Part shown: positions 1-7,843 of the stretch, one piece after another
How the letters are laid out: each line of letters begins with the position of its first letter
Numbering within the stretch: the stretch's first letter is position 1
From: Candidatus Thorarchaeota archaeon
GTDB lineage: Archaea; Asgardarchaeota; Thorarchaeia; Thorarchaeales; Thorarchaeaceae
Assembly: GCA_016840855.1 (NCBI GenBank)
Contig: JAEORO010000059.1
Span: forward strand, 1-11,559
Reading direction: 5' to 3'
Length of the DNA stretch: 11,559 bases
Notes under the pieces: model-generated
Told to the model about the DNA's origin: nothing
Databases searched by the model: none
What the model saw: only the letters and a program-made list of their open reading frames with translations
Program-made: the position numbers and the translations under genes

Positions 1-144
1 CTCAGTAAATACAAGGGCCACTGGTCCCAATGGTCAGTGTCATCGAGAACCTGCTTCTTGTTAATGTTTGCCACAGTCGTTGGACTCACTATTATAGTTC
101 TACAGTATATCGTTTGGAGTGGTACAGACCCTGATATATTCTAG
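1..144 (+). CDS. 3' end of a probable membrane protein (partial, starts before the window)
   Basis: Frame 1 is open from base 1 to TAG at 142-144: LSKYKGHWSQWSVSSRTCFLLMFATVVGLTIIVLQYIVWSGTDPDIF*. It has a ~20-residue hydrophobic stretch typical of a TM helix. No family recognised. Confidence 0.5.
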   Translation, partial: LSKYKGHWSQWSVSSRTCFLLMFATVVGLTIIVLQYIVWSGTDPDIF

Positions 145-222
145 ATATGACTTTCATTAGGCTGATTGTGGATGAGCGCCTAGTAGAAAAACAGAACAGG
201 GTATGATGCACAAGGGAAGACT

Positions 223-318
223 ATGGAACGCAGAGATTGGCTTAAGATAATTTTAATCATACTTTTAATACTCTACATTCTGTATATGAGTATGACCGGT
301 TTTATTTTTCTCCTCTAG
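223..318 (+). CDS. candidate small single-pass membrane protein (31 aa)
   Basis: ATG 223 to TAG 316-318 gives MERRDWLKIILIILLILYILYMSMTGFIFLL: charged N-terminus then a hydrophobic helix. Purine-rich AAGGGAAGA lies just upstream. Below the ORF-track cutoff. Confidence 0.4.
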   Translation: MERRDWLKIILIILLILYILYMSMTGFIFLL

Positions 319-599
319 CCTGAAGATGGTCAAGCATAAAATAGTTCCATATCGTTCTGCGGTGCGCGGACATCTATACGACCAGTCTAATCTTATTATG
401 CAAATCGCGCTTCTTTTGGAGGATATTTGAAAACACCATCTGCCATATTACTCTCGTGAATGCTCCCGTTAAATCAAATGAGTCATAGAGAACTTCATAT
501 GGGCTAAGAATCAAATAGTAATTGAGGATGCATCATGCCTTACGAGCTTCAACGAATACTTCGAAACCCGTTCTTACTAGCAATGGAGGAACATTGAGA

Positions 600-899
600 A
601 TGGTACAAGTCTACATGCGTGTCAGCGAAACACACGAGCACTACCTCGTGGCAATGTGCGATAAACCTCTCCTAGGAAAGACATTGAAGCAAGGTGATTT
701 GAGGTTCAAAGTCAGTGAGGAATTTTATGGTGGCGAACTTGTGGATCTTAAGGTCTGCCTGCAACATCTAAAGAAAGCAACGATTGCCAACATGGTTGGT
801 AAGAAAACAGTAGAAGCTGCGATTAATGCAGGCCTTGTCCATGAACAGGCTGTACTGTTTATTGAAGGACATCCACATGCCCAATGGGTCAAACTTTGA
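600..899 (+). CDS. DUF424 family protein (99 aa)
   Basis: Motifs LVAMCDKPLLGK, FYGGE, ATIANMVG, AINAGLV and GHPHAQ match the archaeal DUF424 family. Start placed at ATG 600 because GGAGGA lies at 585-590. The ORF-track extension from 522 does not look like part of the family. Confidence 0.88.
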   Translation: MVQVYMRVSETHEHYLVAMCDKPLLGKTLKQGDLRFKVSEEFYGGELVDLKVCLQHLKKATIANMVGKKTVEAAINAGLVHEQAVLFIEGHPHAQWVKL

Positions 900-1018
900 A
901 CCCAAATGAGATGCCCTGTTAGCGATACCAATTCCATCCCTTCTTCAAATGGATAAAACTAATTCAAAGAGATAACTTCACAAAGAATTCATTCGGCGTT
1001 TGCACACAACAGTCCACG

Positions 1019-1026
1019 TTTTAAGC
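1019..1026 (+). promoter_or_regulatory. putative TATA box for nmd3 (leaderless or short-leader transcript)
   Basis: TTTTAAGC is centred about 26 nt upstream of ATG 1049, the usual archaeal TATA-to-TSS spacing. Confidence 0.4.
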
Positions 1027-1048
1027 AAATTTGTAGGATAAACGTAGG

Positions 1049-2134
1049 ATGGTCCAATTGAAACCCCCCTGTTATCAATGTGGAAAACCTGCAGTCTTGG
1101 ATGGCCTTTGTGCTGATTGTTATGACAAAGAACATCCACTGATTGAAGTTAAATCTCCACTAACATTACTCAGCTGCAAAAGATGTGGTTCAGTGAAGAT
1201 ACCAGGTGGTTGGAGAAAATTATCTCCTGAGGAATCTGAATCAAACGATCTCTGGCTGCGTCAGGTAGACCTCTTACTTGATACTGAGATTAAACCACTT
1301 GTTCCAGAAATCGATATTGAGATTGAGGAAGAGAATCGGCTAGACAGGGTGCTCTATATCATCCTCAGAGTTCTTGGAAAATCTCACGACACTCTTCCGC
1401 CTCACGAAGAACAGTATAATATTGAAGTCCGGTTTTCATATGGCACATGTGATACCTGTGGCATGCAGAGTGGAGGGTATTATGAAGCAACACTTCAGAT
1501 ACGTGCCGATGGACGGCAACTAACAGAAGAAGAAGAGGATGATATTGTACGTATCGTCACAGAGATGACAGTTGCTGAGTATGGGGTTGATCAGAAAGCC
1601 TTCGTCACAAAGGTCAGTACTGACAAATATGGCATAAATTTTCAACTGGGTTCTGAGCACCTATGTCGGTCTATTGCTGATGTTCTCGAATCGCGTTATC
1701 TTGCTCAACGGAAGCAAAACTACAAATTAGTTGGTCAAGATAAAGGTGGTAAAGACAAGTTTCGCATTACTATCCTCATTCGCCTTAACAGGTTTGGAAT
1801 CGGTGATTTTGTGAATGTCCTTGAAAATCCTTGCCAAGTAATGGCGATGAGCAAGAGTGGTCTCACTTGTTACGATTTGGTTCAAAGACAGCGATTCACA
1901 ATTAATCCAAAGAGTTCGAAGTGGCGTACGCTTGAATATCTCGCATCTAAAGATGATAGACGTGAGTTTATGGTCACAACACATGTATATGGTCAACCTG
2001 TCCAACTGATGGACTCTGTAACGTTCGAAATAACGGAAATCGACGAATCTCTTCTTGATGATACCATTGAAACTGGTGCTACTGTATACGGATTGATAAT
2101 TAATGAGAAGTTCTATCTCCTTCCTACACAATAG
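1049..2134 (+). CDS. nmd3: NMD3 family large ribosomal subunit biogenesis protein
   Basis: Four CxxC pairs (CYQC, CADC, CKRC, CDTC), the signature GGYYEATLQIRA, and a C-terminal eIF5A-like segment (VQLMDSVTFE). Neighbour of DUF424. Confidence 0.92.
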   Translation: MVQLKPPCYQCGKPAVLDGLCADCYDKEHPLIEVKSPLTLLSCKRCGSVKIPGGWRKLSPEESESNDLWLRQVDLLLDTEIKPLVPEIDIEIEEENRLDRVLYIILRVLGKSHDTLPPHEEQYNIEVRFSYGTCDTCGMQSGGYYEATLQIRADGRQLTEEEEDDIVRIVTEMTVAEYGVDQKAFVTKVSTDKYGINFQLGSEHLCRSIADVLESRYLAQRKQNYKLVGQDKGGKDKFRITILIRLNRFGIGDFVNVLENPCQVMAMSKSGLTCYDLVQRQRFTINPKSSKWRTLEYLASKDDRREFMVTTHVYGQPVQLMDSVTFEITEIDESLLDDTIETGATVYGLIINEKFYLLPTQ

Positions 2135-2226
2135 AACGTGATTTCGGTACTCTTAAATGGCATCTAAAAGAATCCTGCTATAGAACTACCGGACGCAACA
2201 GTCCAATATATGATCGGAGGAATTCT

Positions 2227-2565
2227 TTGTCCAGCAAAAGACGCGGCGGAAAACGACCGCAACAAAACACTAGCCCCGACGAACCATTTAGGGTCCGGAC
2301 TCCACGACGCGATAATGGAGAGATGTTTGGAATCATCATCCAGATGTTGGGTTTTGACAGAGTTCGAGTCAGATGTGAAGATCAGAATATCCGAATAGGC
2401 AGGATTCCTGGTCGAATGAAGAAGAGAGTCTGGATGCGGATAGGAGACACAGTCCTAATCACTCCTTGGGATTTTCAAAGTGATGAGAAGTGCGATGTTA
2501 TACATCGATACAAAGGCAACGAGATTGACTGGTTGCAGAAGAAAGGCATACTGAAGATGTTTTGA
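2227..2565 (+). CDS. eif1a: translation initiation factor aIF-1A
   Basis: OB-fold motifs QMLGFDRVRVRCED, RIPGRMKKRVWMRIGD, PWDFQSDEKCDVIHRY and WLQKKG. TTG start with GGAGG at 2216-2220. Confidence 0.97.
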   Translation: MSSKRRGGKRPQQNTSPDEPFRVRTPRRDNGEMFGIIIQMLGFDRVRVRCEDQNIRIGRIPGRMKKRVWMRIGDTVLITPWDFQSDEKCDVIHRYKGNEIDWLQKKGILKMF

Positions 2566-2578
2566 ACGAAGTCAAGGC

Positions 2579-2584
2579 TTTTTT
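2579..2584 (+). terminator. possible oligo-T terminator after aIF-1A
   Basis: Run of six T 13 nt after the stop codon. Oligo-T tracts act as archaeal intrinsic terminators, but such a short signal is weak evidence. Confidence 0.3.
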
Positions 2585-2646
2585 GAGAAGAACATCATAC
2601 TTCAAGTGGTTACATATTATTTTATTCAGGAGAATGACATTAACCT

Positions 2647-3435
2647 TTGAAGCGAGCTGATGAGAAATACGAGCGGATAATATCAGAACTCGACCGTCGG
2701 AAACAAAAAAGGCGGAAAGACGATGACGAGTTCAAAGTAGTTGAGGGTGTAATTGATCCTCCCACGCTCAAGACTCTCTACAAGTTGTTGAATCGTGGGA
2801 CTATCCGCACACTCCATGGTGCAATAAGTGCCGGGAAAGAAGCAAATGTCTACCGTGGAGAAAATGCGGATGGAAAATCCGTTGCTGTTAAGATATATCG
2901 TGTTTCTACTGCTGAAACAGATTTCATGCTAGAGTACATTATTGGAGACTCCCGTTTCAAGAACGTGAAACGTCGCAGCCGGTCCTTGATTCCACAATGG
3001 GCTACAAAAGAATACAAAAATCTCATCAGGTATCATGAGGCTGGAATACGAGTTCCTAGACCAATAGACCTTGAACGCAATGTACTCGTAATGGAGTTCA
3101 TTGGTGATTTGAAAAACAATCTACCTGCACCCCTTCTCAAAAACACTACTATCCCCTCTCCAGTCAAGACATTTAACGAGATCATTCGTATGGTCGAGAA
3201 AGGCTACACAAAAGCTGGTCTTGTCCACGCTGACCTCTCTGAGTACAACATCCTGTGGCTTGGAAAACCTGTTTTCATCGATGTGTCACAGGCTGTCTTG
3301 ATTAGTCATGAATATGCAGAAAAGTATCTCTTCCGTGACATTCAAAACATAACTAGTTATTTCACGAAATTAGGTGTCGATGCAGAAAATCCTGAAGTCA
3401 TTGTAAAACATATAGTATCAGTTGGTGAAAAATGA
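2647..3435 (+). CDS. rio1: RIO1 family atypical Ser/Thr kinase/ATPase
   Basis: P-loop ISAGKEANVY, AVKIYR, WATKEYKNL, hinge VMEFIG, catalytic loop HADLSEYNIL and metal-binding IDVSQAV. No N-terminal winged helix, so not Rio2. TTG start, exact position somewhat uncertain. Confidence 0.95.
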   Translation: MKRADEKYERIISELDRRKQKRRKDDDEFKVVEGVIDPPTLKTLYKLLNRGTIRTLHGAISAGKEANVYRGENADGKSVAVKIYRVSTAETDFMLEYIIGDSRFKNVKRRSRSLIPQWATKEYKNLIRYHEAGIRVPRPIDLERNVLVMEFIGDLKNNLPAPLLKNTTIPSPVKTFNEIIRMVEKGYTKAGLVHADLSEYNILWLGKPVFIDVSQAVLISHEYAEKYLFRDIQNITSYFTKLGVDAENPEVIVKHIVSVGEK

Positions 3436-4002
3436 ATGCTTTATCATGAAACAATCAAAGTCCCTGAAGACCGGGTCGGCGTGATTGTAGGACGGAATGG
3501 TAAAGTTAGAAGACGTGTTGAAGAACTTGCAAATGTCAAAATTGAAGTCACATCTGAAGGAACTGTGACTATCACAGCGTCCACAAATACTGAGGATCCA
3601 GTTTTAGCTTGGAAGGCTCGCGATATCATTCGAGCAATGGCTCGAGGATTTAGTCCCAAGAATGCATTTACTCTAATCGATGATGATATGCAACTAGTGA
3701 TAATATCTCTAAGAGATGTTGTAGGATCCTCACCAAGACAGATGAAGCGCGTCGCTGGACGCATCATTGGCGAGAATGGTCGTACAAGAAGAGTCATCGA
3801 GCAGACGACTGAAACCAAACTATCTGTTTATGGTAAGACTGTTTCTCTAATTGGAATCATTCCGGGTCTGGACTATGCGAGAAAAGCAATTGACATGTTA
3901 ATCGCAGGCGCGCCACACAGTACCGTCTACTCTTTTCTAGAAAAGATGCGTAGAGAAATGAATCGTCAAAAAGCTGAACTTTGGGAAGATACAGACCTAT
4001 GA
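3436..4002 (+). CDS. dim2: KH-domain RNA-processing protein, archaeal Dim2/Pno1 (Krr1/Pno1 family)
   Basis: Two KH GxxG loops (IVGRNGK, IIGENGR), ARDIIRAMARGFSP and GAPHSTVY. Its ATG directly follows the rio1 TGA, with GGTGA at 3424-3428. Confidence 0.93.
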   Translation: MLYHETIKVPEDRVGVIVGRNGKVRRRVEELANVKIEVTSEGTVTITASTNTEDPVLAWKARDIIRAMARGFSPKNAFTLIDDDMQLVIISLRDVVGSSPRQMKRVAGRIIGENGRTRRVIEQTTETKLSVYGKTVSLIGIIPGLDYARKAIDMLIAGAPHSTVYSFLEKMRREMNRQKAELWEDTDL

Positions 4003-4056
4003 TGTCTGTAATACCCCGTCTAATATGACTAGAGCGTTACTTGATTCACGAATAGC

Positions 4057-5574
4057 ATGAGTCATCAAGAACCCTCAGGAATAACATTTGAAAGCATCTC
4101 CCCAGCGGAGTTCTTCTATAGAAATCGACAGATGGCTGGTTTTGGTAATCCAACACAGGCTGTCTATTCAACAGTGCGGGAGCTAGTTGAGAACAGTCTG
4201 GATTCATGTGAAGATGCTCGAGTGTACCCATTGGTAGACATTGATATTCAAAATCTCGAATCTGAAATGATTACAGTCAAAGTTTCTGACAATGGCGCTG
4301 GAGTTCCGTCAGACCAAGTCCCTTTAGCATTTGGACGAGTGCTCTATGGAAGTAAATATTCTCAACAACAAAAACGGGGGACTTTTGGTTTAGGTGTTAC
4401 AATGGCTGTGCTATATGGTCAAATCACCACAGATTCTCCTGTTACCATCCACACCAGAACTAACGACTCCAAAGGTGTTCTCTTCAGACTGTTTGTTGAT
4501 GTTGAAAACAATCTCCCACTTGTCCAAGACAATGAAGAGTTCCAAAGAGATAATGTGGGCACAACTGTCACAATCAAATTGAAGGGCGATATGAAGCGGG
4601 CTCAGGAGAGAATTATTGAGTACCTACGTCTATCTACTGTTTCAACGCCACATGCGAAGATAACTCTAAAGATCGATGATGAATCCCATCTTGAAATTGG
4701 TGGCTGGTCCAATACACTCCCTCCTCCAATTAGACCCTCAAAACCTCATCCGCGCTCCATTGATATGGAGGTTCTTCGTAGGCTTGTTAAAAGGCATGGA
4801 AAAAAGAGTCTTGATGATTTTCTCTGTGACTCTTTCCAGAAGATTGGGCTAAAAACTTCTGCGCGTTTTCTTCGATTTATGAACTTCAATCCAAGTAAAG
4901 TCATGTCAGAATTCACCAGAGATGAATTATCTCGTTTGGCTCATGCCCTACGAAAGTATGATGGATTTGAACAACCAGATAGTAAATGTCTTAGTCCTAT
5001 TGGTAAAAGTGATTTCCTGAACGCCATAACGTCAGTATTCAATGTCAAGATGGCTGAGTATGCAAGCAGAGGTGTCAGCGAATGGCAAGGCAATCCATTT
5101 GTGATAGAAGCTGTTATCGCCACAGGGGATGATTTTCCGCAATCTGATATTCCATACCTCTATAGATTCGCCAACAGGGTACCTCTTCTTTACGATTCCA
5201 GTGATGGAGTTCTCACAAGAGTTCTGAAGAAAATAGAATGGTCAAGATACAGCACGAGTCAGTCAGGACCGGTGGCAATATTCATTCACTTGTGCTCAAC
5301 CAAGATTCCTTTCAAGGCTGCAGGAAAGCAGTCTCTGGCGACTATTCCAGAGATAGAACATTATACATTTCAAGTAATCAAAGAACTTGGAAGAAAACTT
5401 GGAAAAGTAAATGACCGGTCTAGAAGAAGTGCTCGTGAATTAAAGAAGATGCGTGAGTTCTCCAAATCATTAAGGCAGATTGCTCGATTTAGTACTTCAC
5501 TTGCCAATCTTGATGAGATACCCCCGACTGACGATCTTGTAAAACGTCTTTTTGAGGTGGATTCCAATGAATGA
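4057..5574 (+). CDS. top6B: DNA topoisomerase VI subunit B
   Basis: SISPAEFFYRN, GHKL motifs RELVENSLD, DNGAG and RGTFGLG, KPHP, H2TH region, GNPFVIEA, RFANRVPLLYD, WxxY (WSRY) and transducer lysine loop KIPFKAAGKQS. Confidence 0.97.
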   Translation: MSHQEPSGITFESISPAEFFYRNRQMAGFGNPTQAVYSTVRELVENSLDSCEDARVYPLVDIDIQNLESEMITVKVSDNGAGVPSDQVPLAFGRVLYGSKYSQQQKRGTFGLGVTMAVLYGQITTDSPVTIHTRTNDSKGVLFRLFVDVENNLPLVQDNEEFQRDNVGTTVTIKLKGDMKRAQERIIEYLRLSTVSTPHAKITLKIDDESHLEIGGWSNTLPPPIRPSKPHPRSIDMEVLRRLVKRHGKKSLDDFLCDSFQKIGLKTSARFLRFMNFNPSKVMSEFTRDELSRLAHALRKYDGFEQPDSKCLSPIGKSDFLNAITSVFNVKMAEYASRGVSEWQGNPFVIEAVIATGDDFPQSDIPYLYRFANRVPLLYDSSDGVLTRVLKKIEWSRYSTSQSGPVAIFIHLCSTKIPFKAAGKQSLATIPEIEHYTFQVIKELGRKLGKVNDRSRRSARELKKMREFSKSLRQIARFSTSLANLDEIPPTDDLVKRLFEVDSNE

Positions 5575-6619
5575 GTCATCTTCCCCTACCAAAATCCTGA
5601 TGACGCTTGGTCAAGAGATAGTCAAAGCCCTACATGAACGCAGATTTCCTATGCTTGAGATTCCCGATCGACGGACTAGTAATATTGTATTTGATGAAGA
5701 CTCAAACAGTTATGTACTTGGACCTTCTCGCAACATCCGCGACTCTAGTAATGTGAAACATGTGAAACGATTCGCACAGCTGACATGGGTCGCATCGTTT
5801 GCAAAGAATCTACTTCAGGCATCCAGAACCAGTTCACTGAGAGACCTGTATTACTCATCAGAAGCTTTCGGTGTTGGATTCACTGACCAGTCTGAATCTG
5901 ATAGAATTGTGACCGATTTGGAGTGTGTCACAGGTCTGCCTCGAGAGAGCTTTGGCATCTACCCTGAAGAACATTCCTCAATTTATGGCGAAGCAGTTAT
6001 GCGCTACACAGTTTCTGGTTATGAGGGGAAGGAAATCGACCTCACAATAAGTCCTGATGGATTGCCTGTTGGCCCAGCTTTGATGACCGCTGAACCCCTC
6101 GAATCTAATGCAGAGGTTGTCCTGGCTGTAGAGTCTGGTGGTATGTTCTCTCGTTTAATCGAAACAAAAGCATGGAAACGGTTCAAGGCAGTACTAATAC
6201 AGCTGGGTGGTCAACCTCCCAGATCGATACGACGTTTAATGAGGAACCTCCATGTTACGCTCGACTTACCAGTGTACATTTTCACAGATGGTGATCCTTG
6301 GGGAATGCATATCGCCAAGGTGATTACAAGTGGTAGCGCAAACTCAGCCCATATCAAAGACTTGACAATCCCTCACGCTAAATGGATTGGTGTAACTCCT
6401 GATGATATTATTCAGTACTCCTTACCGACAGAACCAATGAGTAACGCCGATCTCAAGAGACTTGATGAGCTCTCTCGTGATGTTCGGTATAGCGAGTCCG
6501 AATGGCAAACTCACATTCAACAATTCAAGAAGATTCGGATAAAAGCCGAGCAACAGGCTTTCAGCAGATTTGGAATGGACTATGTGGTTGATGCATATTT
6601 ATCAACTAAGTTAGATTAA
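5567..6619 (+). CDS. top6A: DNA topoisomerase VI subunit A (Spo11 family)
   Basis: Catalytic tyrosine motif LRDLYY, Toprim Glu (AVESGGMF), GQP, DxD motif FTDGDPWG and KAEQQA. Start placed at ATG 5567, with GAGGTGG at 5554-5560 and an ATGAATGA overlap with the top6B stop. Confidence 0.97.
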   Translation: MNESSSPTKILMTLGQEIVKALHERRFPMLEIPDRRTSNIVFDEDSNSYVLGPSRNIRDSSNVKHVKRFAQLTWVASFAKNLLQASRTSSLRDLYYSSEAFGVGFTDQSESDRIVTDLECVTGLPRESFGIYPEEHSSIYGEAVMRYTVSGYEGKEIDLTISPDGLPVGPALMTAEPLESNAEVVLAVESGGMFSRLIETKAWKRFKAVLIQLGGQPPRSIRRLMRNLHVTLDLPVYIFTDGDPWGMHIAKVITSGSANSAHIKDLTIPHAKWIGVTPDDIIQYSLPTEPMSNADLKRLDELSRDVRYSESEWQTHIQQFKKIRIKAEQQAFSRFGMDYVVDAYLSTKLD

Positions 6620-7692
6620 ATCATCCCTGATCCAAGTGGATATGCAATCAAGAGAAAGGCTACAGCTCCATATGCAAGCAACGCTTGTAGAAGCAATAGG
6701 ATCAGCACATTACGTTTCTCTGTCACCTTCTTTGAGAGATATGGCAGAATCCAGTAAATCGTGAATGGACCAACCACTTCCAGTGTGCCGTCATCCCTCG
6801 GTGATGCGAACTTCACATAGTCTAATCCCTTTCGTTTGAGATATATGCGATATACAATATAGAGCAGAAAGTTTAGCAAGAATGGTACATACATTATGAT
6901 AGCCAGTCTATCCATATTACCCAAGATTAAAGCTGAAGCCATCGCTGCTCCAATTGGCAGTCTACCAACATCTCCTGGTAAGACTTTGGCAGGATACCTG
7001 TTGAACATGAGAAATCCCATAGATGCACCAAAGAGTGCTGCAGCCACCATCCCTGCATCAGTCTGAGCAGTTGAGATTATGTGACCATCAACATAGGGCG
7101 AAAGTAAAACATAGAGTACGACTGCAGAGGAATTGATGCCACTCAGACCTGCTTCGAGACCATTCATACCGCCATACATGTTAGTTGAGTCTACAATGAA
7201 TGTCATCATTAATGGAACAATCAGCAGGGCATAGAATGGGCCAAAGTTGATTGTGCCAATAAACGGAATAGACATTGTAGGAGTTCCCACACTCACTGCG
7301 ACCATTGGAATGGAGGCGATCAATGGAAGAATAATCTTCGTCCGGTTTTTGAAGTTGAAAGTATCGTCGAAAATACCAATGAATCCTGCGATGAGTATTG
7401 ATACCAATGCTGCAAGCAGACCCTCACGAACCTCTGCTTGGTCTTGGAATGTTGTGATTCCTATGACTAAAAGCAATCCAAAGACTACCGCAAAAAGTAC
7501 AACGAAGCCGCCTCCTTTAGGCACCTCAGTCTTTTCGGGTTTGTGTACATCTATACCAAATCTACCAGCATCACGTAGCATTTTGATTGCTCTGGGCATA
7601 AAAATGACAGTAACAACAAATGCAGCAAACATTGCTATGAGGATTGGAATCACATTGTCCACTTCCGATGCCTGATGGCTTTTCGATTCCAT
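6616..7692 (-). CDS. aglH: UDP-GlcNAc:dolichyl-phosphate GlcNAc-1-phosphotransferase-like protein (AglH/Alg7/DPAGT1 type, glycosyltransferase family 4)
   Basis: Polytopic hydrophobic protein with GIDVHKP...VPKGGG, GIFDD, NMYGGMNGLEAG (GPT-type NGLE rather than the MraY/WecA DGLDGL) and FNRYPAKVLPGDVG. Start uncertain: ATG 7692 preferred, with GTG 7662 or ATG 7764 possible. Confidence 0.85.
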   Translation of the reverse strand: MESKSHQASEVDNVIPILIAMFAAFVVTVIFMPRAIKMLRDAGRFGIDVHKPEKTEVPKGGGFVVLFAVVFGLLLVIGITTFQDQAEVREGLLAALVSILIAGFIGIFDDTFNFKNRTKIILPLIASIPMVAVSVGTPTMSIPFIGTINFGPFYALLIVPLMMTFIVDSTNMYGGMNGLEAGLSGINSSAVVLYVLLSPYVDGHIISTAQTDAGMVAAALFGASMGFLMFNRYPAKVLPGDVGRLPIGAAMASALILGNMDRLAIIMYVPFLLNFLLYIVYRIYLKRKGLDYVKFASPRDDGTLEVVGPFTIYWILPYLSKKVTEKRNVLILLLLQALLAYGAVAFLLIAYPLGSGMI

Positions 7693-7740
7693 TTTGACTC
7701 TTTCGGAGTGGGCTCGACTATTTGTGCATGCTTTCAACAT

Positions 7741-7756
7741 CCGAAATCTATAATAA
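7741..7756. promoter_or_regulatory. candidate BRE/TATA element in the divergent intergenic region
   Basis: CCGAAAtcTATAATAA on +, reading TTATTATA on -. It is the clearest TATA-like element between the two divergent starts. Confidence 0.35.
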
Positions 7757-7843
7757 CAAACCATTAGCTCGAGCGACCAATCCCCGTCTAGTGGAATCTG
7801 AATCCATTAGACAAATACCCGGAAAAAATCACGGTGATTCGTA

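Noticed and set aside
326-430. 34-aa ORF MVKHKIVPYRSAVRGHLYDQSNLIMQIALLLEDI on +
   Set aside because: Short, with no recognisable motif or convincing ribosome-binding site. Expected by chance.
522-599. N-terminal extension of DUF424 given by the ORF track
   Set aside because: Family-like sequence begins at about ATG 600, which has its own GGAGGA upstream.
725-937. 70-aa minus-strand ORF
   Set aside because: Antisense shadow of DUF424 with no motifs.
900-1018. Intergenic region as a possible ncRNA or tRNA
   Set aside because: Only a weak TCCAT/ATGGA stem. No cloverleaf, no clear C/D box pair and no GC enrichment.
1727-2131. 134-aa minus-strand ORF
   Set aside because: Fully antisense to nmd3, with no recognisable protein features.
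2210-2398. 62-aa alternative-frame ORF overlapping aIF-1A
   Set aside because: Its ATG lies upstream of the SD serving aIF-1A and the product is unrecognisable. A regulatory role cannot be excluded but is unsupported.
3444-3818. 124-aa minus-strand ORF
   Set aside because: Antisense shadow of dim2.
4046-5579. Four short ORFs within or antisense to top6B
   Set aside because: Shadows of a well-supported gene.
5567-6619. top6A as a stand-alone meiotic Spo11-like or inactive paralogue
   Set aside because: It is coupled to an intact top6B, and the catalytic Tyr, Glu and DxD are all present. It reads as an ordinary Topo VI.
7247-7675. 142-aa plus-strand ORF
   Set aside because: Antisense to the hydrophobic aglH gene, with composition typical of such shadows.
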